Assembly (NCBI RefSeq): GCF_011386835.1
Contig: NC_088796.1
Coordinates: 18,414,001-18,478,000, forward strand
DNA from: Chrysemys picta bellii
Lineage: Eukaryota
DNA: 64,000 bases
Direction of reading: 5' to 3'
Part shown: positions 61,648 through 64,000 of the stretch, piece after piece
Layout: each line of letters starts with the position of its first letter
How positions within the stretch are numbered: position 1 is the first letter of the stretch
Translations under genes and position numbers: made by a program
Notes under the pieces: generated by a model
Seen by the model: the letters and a program-made list of their open reading frames with translations, nothing else
Database searches by the model: none
What the model was told of the DNA's origin: nothing

Positions 61648-63156
61648 GGAGGAATATAAAAATATTGCTCGAGCATGCAGGGGTCTAATCAGGAAGGCCA
61701 AAACACAACTGGAGTTGCAGCTAGCAAGGGATGTGAAGGGTAACAAGAAGGGTTTCTACAGGTATATTAGCAACAACAAAAAACGGTCAAGGAAAGTGTG
61801 GGACCCTTCATGAATGGGGGAGGCAACCTAGTGACAGATGATGTGGAAAAAGCTAAAATACTCAATTCTTTTTTTGCCTCGGTCTTCACAGACAAGGTCA
61901 GCTCCCAAACTGCTGTCCTGGGAAACACAGTGGAGGAGCCCTCAGTGGTGAAAGAACAGGTTAAGGACTATTTAGAAAAGCTGGACGTGCACAAGTCCAT
62001 GGGTCCAGATCTAATGCATCTGACGGTGCTGAGGGAAGTGACTGATGTGATTGCAGAGCCACTGGCCATTATCTTTGAAAACTCATGGCGATCGGGGGAG
62101 GTCCTGAACGATTGAAAAAAGGCTAATGTAGTGTCCCTCTTTTAAAAAGGGAAGAAAGGGAACCCGTGGAACTACAGACCGGTCAGCCTCACCTCAGTCC
62201 CTGGAAAAATCATGGAGCAGGTCCTCAAGGAAACCATTTTGAAGCACTTGGAGGAGAGGAAGGTGATTAGGAACAGTCAACATGGATTCACCAAGGGTAA
62301 GTCATGCCTGACCAACCTGATTGCCTTCTATGATGAGATAACTGGCTCTGTGGCTATGGGTAAAGTGGTGGACATGATATATCTTGACTTTAGCAAAGCT
62401 TTTGATACGGTTTCCCACAGTATTATTGCCAGCAAGTTAAAGAAGTATGGATTGGATGAATGGACTATAAGGTAGATAGAAAGCTGGCTAGATTGTCAGG
62501 CTCAATGGGTAGTGATCAACGGCTCAATGTCTAGTTGGCAGCCGGTATCAAGCAGAGTGCCCCAGGGGTCGGTCCTGGGGCTGGTTTTGTTCAACATCTT
62601 TATTAATGATCTGGATGATGGGATGGATTGCATCCTCAGCAAGTTCGCAGATGACACGAAACTGGGAGGAGAGGTAGATACGCTGTAAGGTAGGGATAGG
62701 GTCCAGAGTGACCTAGACAAATTGGAGGATTGGGCCAAAAGAAATCTGATGAGGTTCAACAAGGACAAGTGCAGAGTCCTGCATTTAGGATGGAAGAATC
62801 CCATGCACCGCTACAGGCTGGAGACTGACTGGCTAAGCAGCAATTCTGCAGAAAAGGACCTGGGGATTACAGTGGATGAGAAACTGGATATGAGTCAGCA
62901 GTGTGCCCTTGTTGCCAAGAAGGCTAACAGCATATTGGGCTGCATTAGTAGGAGCATTGCCAGCAGATCAAGGGAAGTGATTAATCCCCTCTATTCAGCA
63001 CTGTGAGGCCACATCTGGAGTATTGCATCCAGTTTTGGGCCCCCCACTACAGAAAGGATGTGGACAAATTGGAGAGAGTCCAGTGGAGGTCAACAAAAAT
63101 GATCAGGGGGCTGGAGCACATAACCTACAAGGAGAGGCTGAGGGAACTGGGCTTGT
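61648..63156 (+). mobile_element. CR1 LINE ORF2 fragment (RT), 5'- and 3'-truncated, with stops
   Basis: [44 protein letters not shown] (62641-62665), [13 protein letters not shown]. Confidence 0.95.
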
Positions 63157-63418
63157 GGACCACTGCCTGGGGGCCACTGCTCAGGAGGGCTGGGGCCAGT
63201 GGCACCAGCGGCTGGGGGCCACCAAATAGCAGCTGCTCCAGCCGCCCCGGGACCATTGACGGAGGCTGCTGACAGCGGCTGCTACAGCTGCCCCGGGACC
63301 ACTGCCGGGGGCCAATGCTCCAGCCGCCCCAGGACTGCTGCCGTGGGCGGTAGCGGGGGGCTGCTGCTTGGGGGGGGGCGGAGCCAGCAGCACCAGCTGC
63401 CGGGGACTGCCCCAGGAC

Positions 63419-63515
63419 TATAGGTGCTGGAACTACAGGAGAGAGGGGTGTGGCAGCACCCCCTGGCTTGAAGTGGTTTCCATTATAAACAGGGTTTACC
63501 GTTTGATTCAATGGC
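63419..63515. mobile_element. Truncated copy of the 471-607 MITE, preceded by a GC-rich hAT-like interior
   Basis: TAGGTGCTGGAAC..GCACCCCCTGGCTTGAAGTGGTTTCCAT..CAGGGTTTAC..TTCAATGGC is shared with 472-567. Confidence 0.65.
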
Positions 63516-64000
63516 ATTCCTTATGACATTCCTTGGCTTGCATATTACTAGGGCTCCATGTCTGTCACAGAGGTCGCGGAAATCACAGATTCCATGATTT
63601 TCGGTGACCTCCGTGACTTCTGCAGCGGCCAGTATGGCTGACCCCAGGGCTGCTCAGGCTGTCCCCTGGGCCAGCCACACCGGCCGCTGCTCAGGCGGTT
63701 CCCCGGAGACAGACACAGACCGCAAGCTAAGGAATGTCACAATTTGCAACTATAAATAACATGGGTTTCATTGCAAACCCTCATTGGTATTAAATAGTGT
63801 TCAGAAAAACAAAACATTATTAAACTAATTAGAGGTCTAATGAGGTTGGACTAAAGCAACTTGAATGCATGTGACAAATTCTCTTAACATGGATATTTAG
63901 AGACAAATTCTAAAAGTGCAGTTATTTATGATTTATTATATTGTATATTAGTAAATATTCTTTGGTATACTTCATGAATGTATATGTAAATGAAAATGAA

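Noticed and set aside
1-64000. Host protein-coding exons, rRNA, CRISPR arrays, prokaryotic operons
   Set aside because: None found. The sequence is vertebrate repeat-rich non-coding DNA, although short exons of a large gene cannot be excluded by eye.

Overview
Eukaryotic, repeat-dense non-coding DNA, almost certainly from a turtle (Testudines). The assignment rests on a tortoise-type tRNA/CR1-tail SINE, turtle-type CR1 LINEs, Penelope-like elements (PLEs) and abundant Harbinger/hAT MITEs. No host protein-coding exon, rRNA, real tRNA gene or CRISPR array could be supported, and nearly all ORFs in the track are spurious or repeat-derived. The only recognisable proteins are transposon-encoded: a near-intact PLE RT plus GIY-YIG endonuclease (37596-39210, minus, one frameshift), decayed CR1 RT (7-9.7 kb minus; 61.6-63.2 kb plus), a decayed PIF/Harbinger DDE transposase (2.7-3.3 kb minus) and an old L2-type RT. 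The most interesting signals are: (i) a family of PLE insertions carrying minimal hammerhead-ribozyme motifs, including a TSD-bounded ~160-bp fold-back mini-element and a tripartite inverted copy that share the same 3' end point; (ii) a 289-bp TG..CA element with perfect 30-bp terminal inverted repeats and a 4-bp TSD; (iii) a solo LTR with a 6-bp TSD whose U3 tandem duplication doubles a CTCF-type motif; (iv) a microsatellite-mediated fold-back palindrome; and (v) an unidentified stop-poor ~800-bp reading frame. Family names are by eye, not from database searches.
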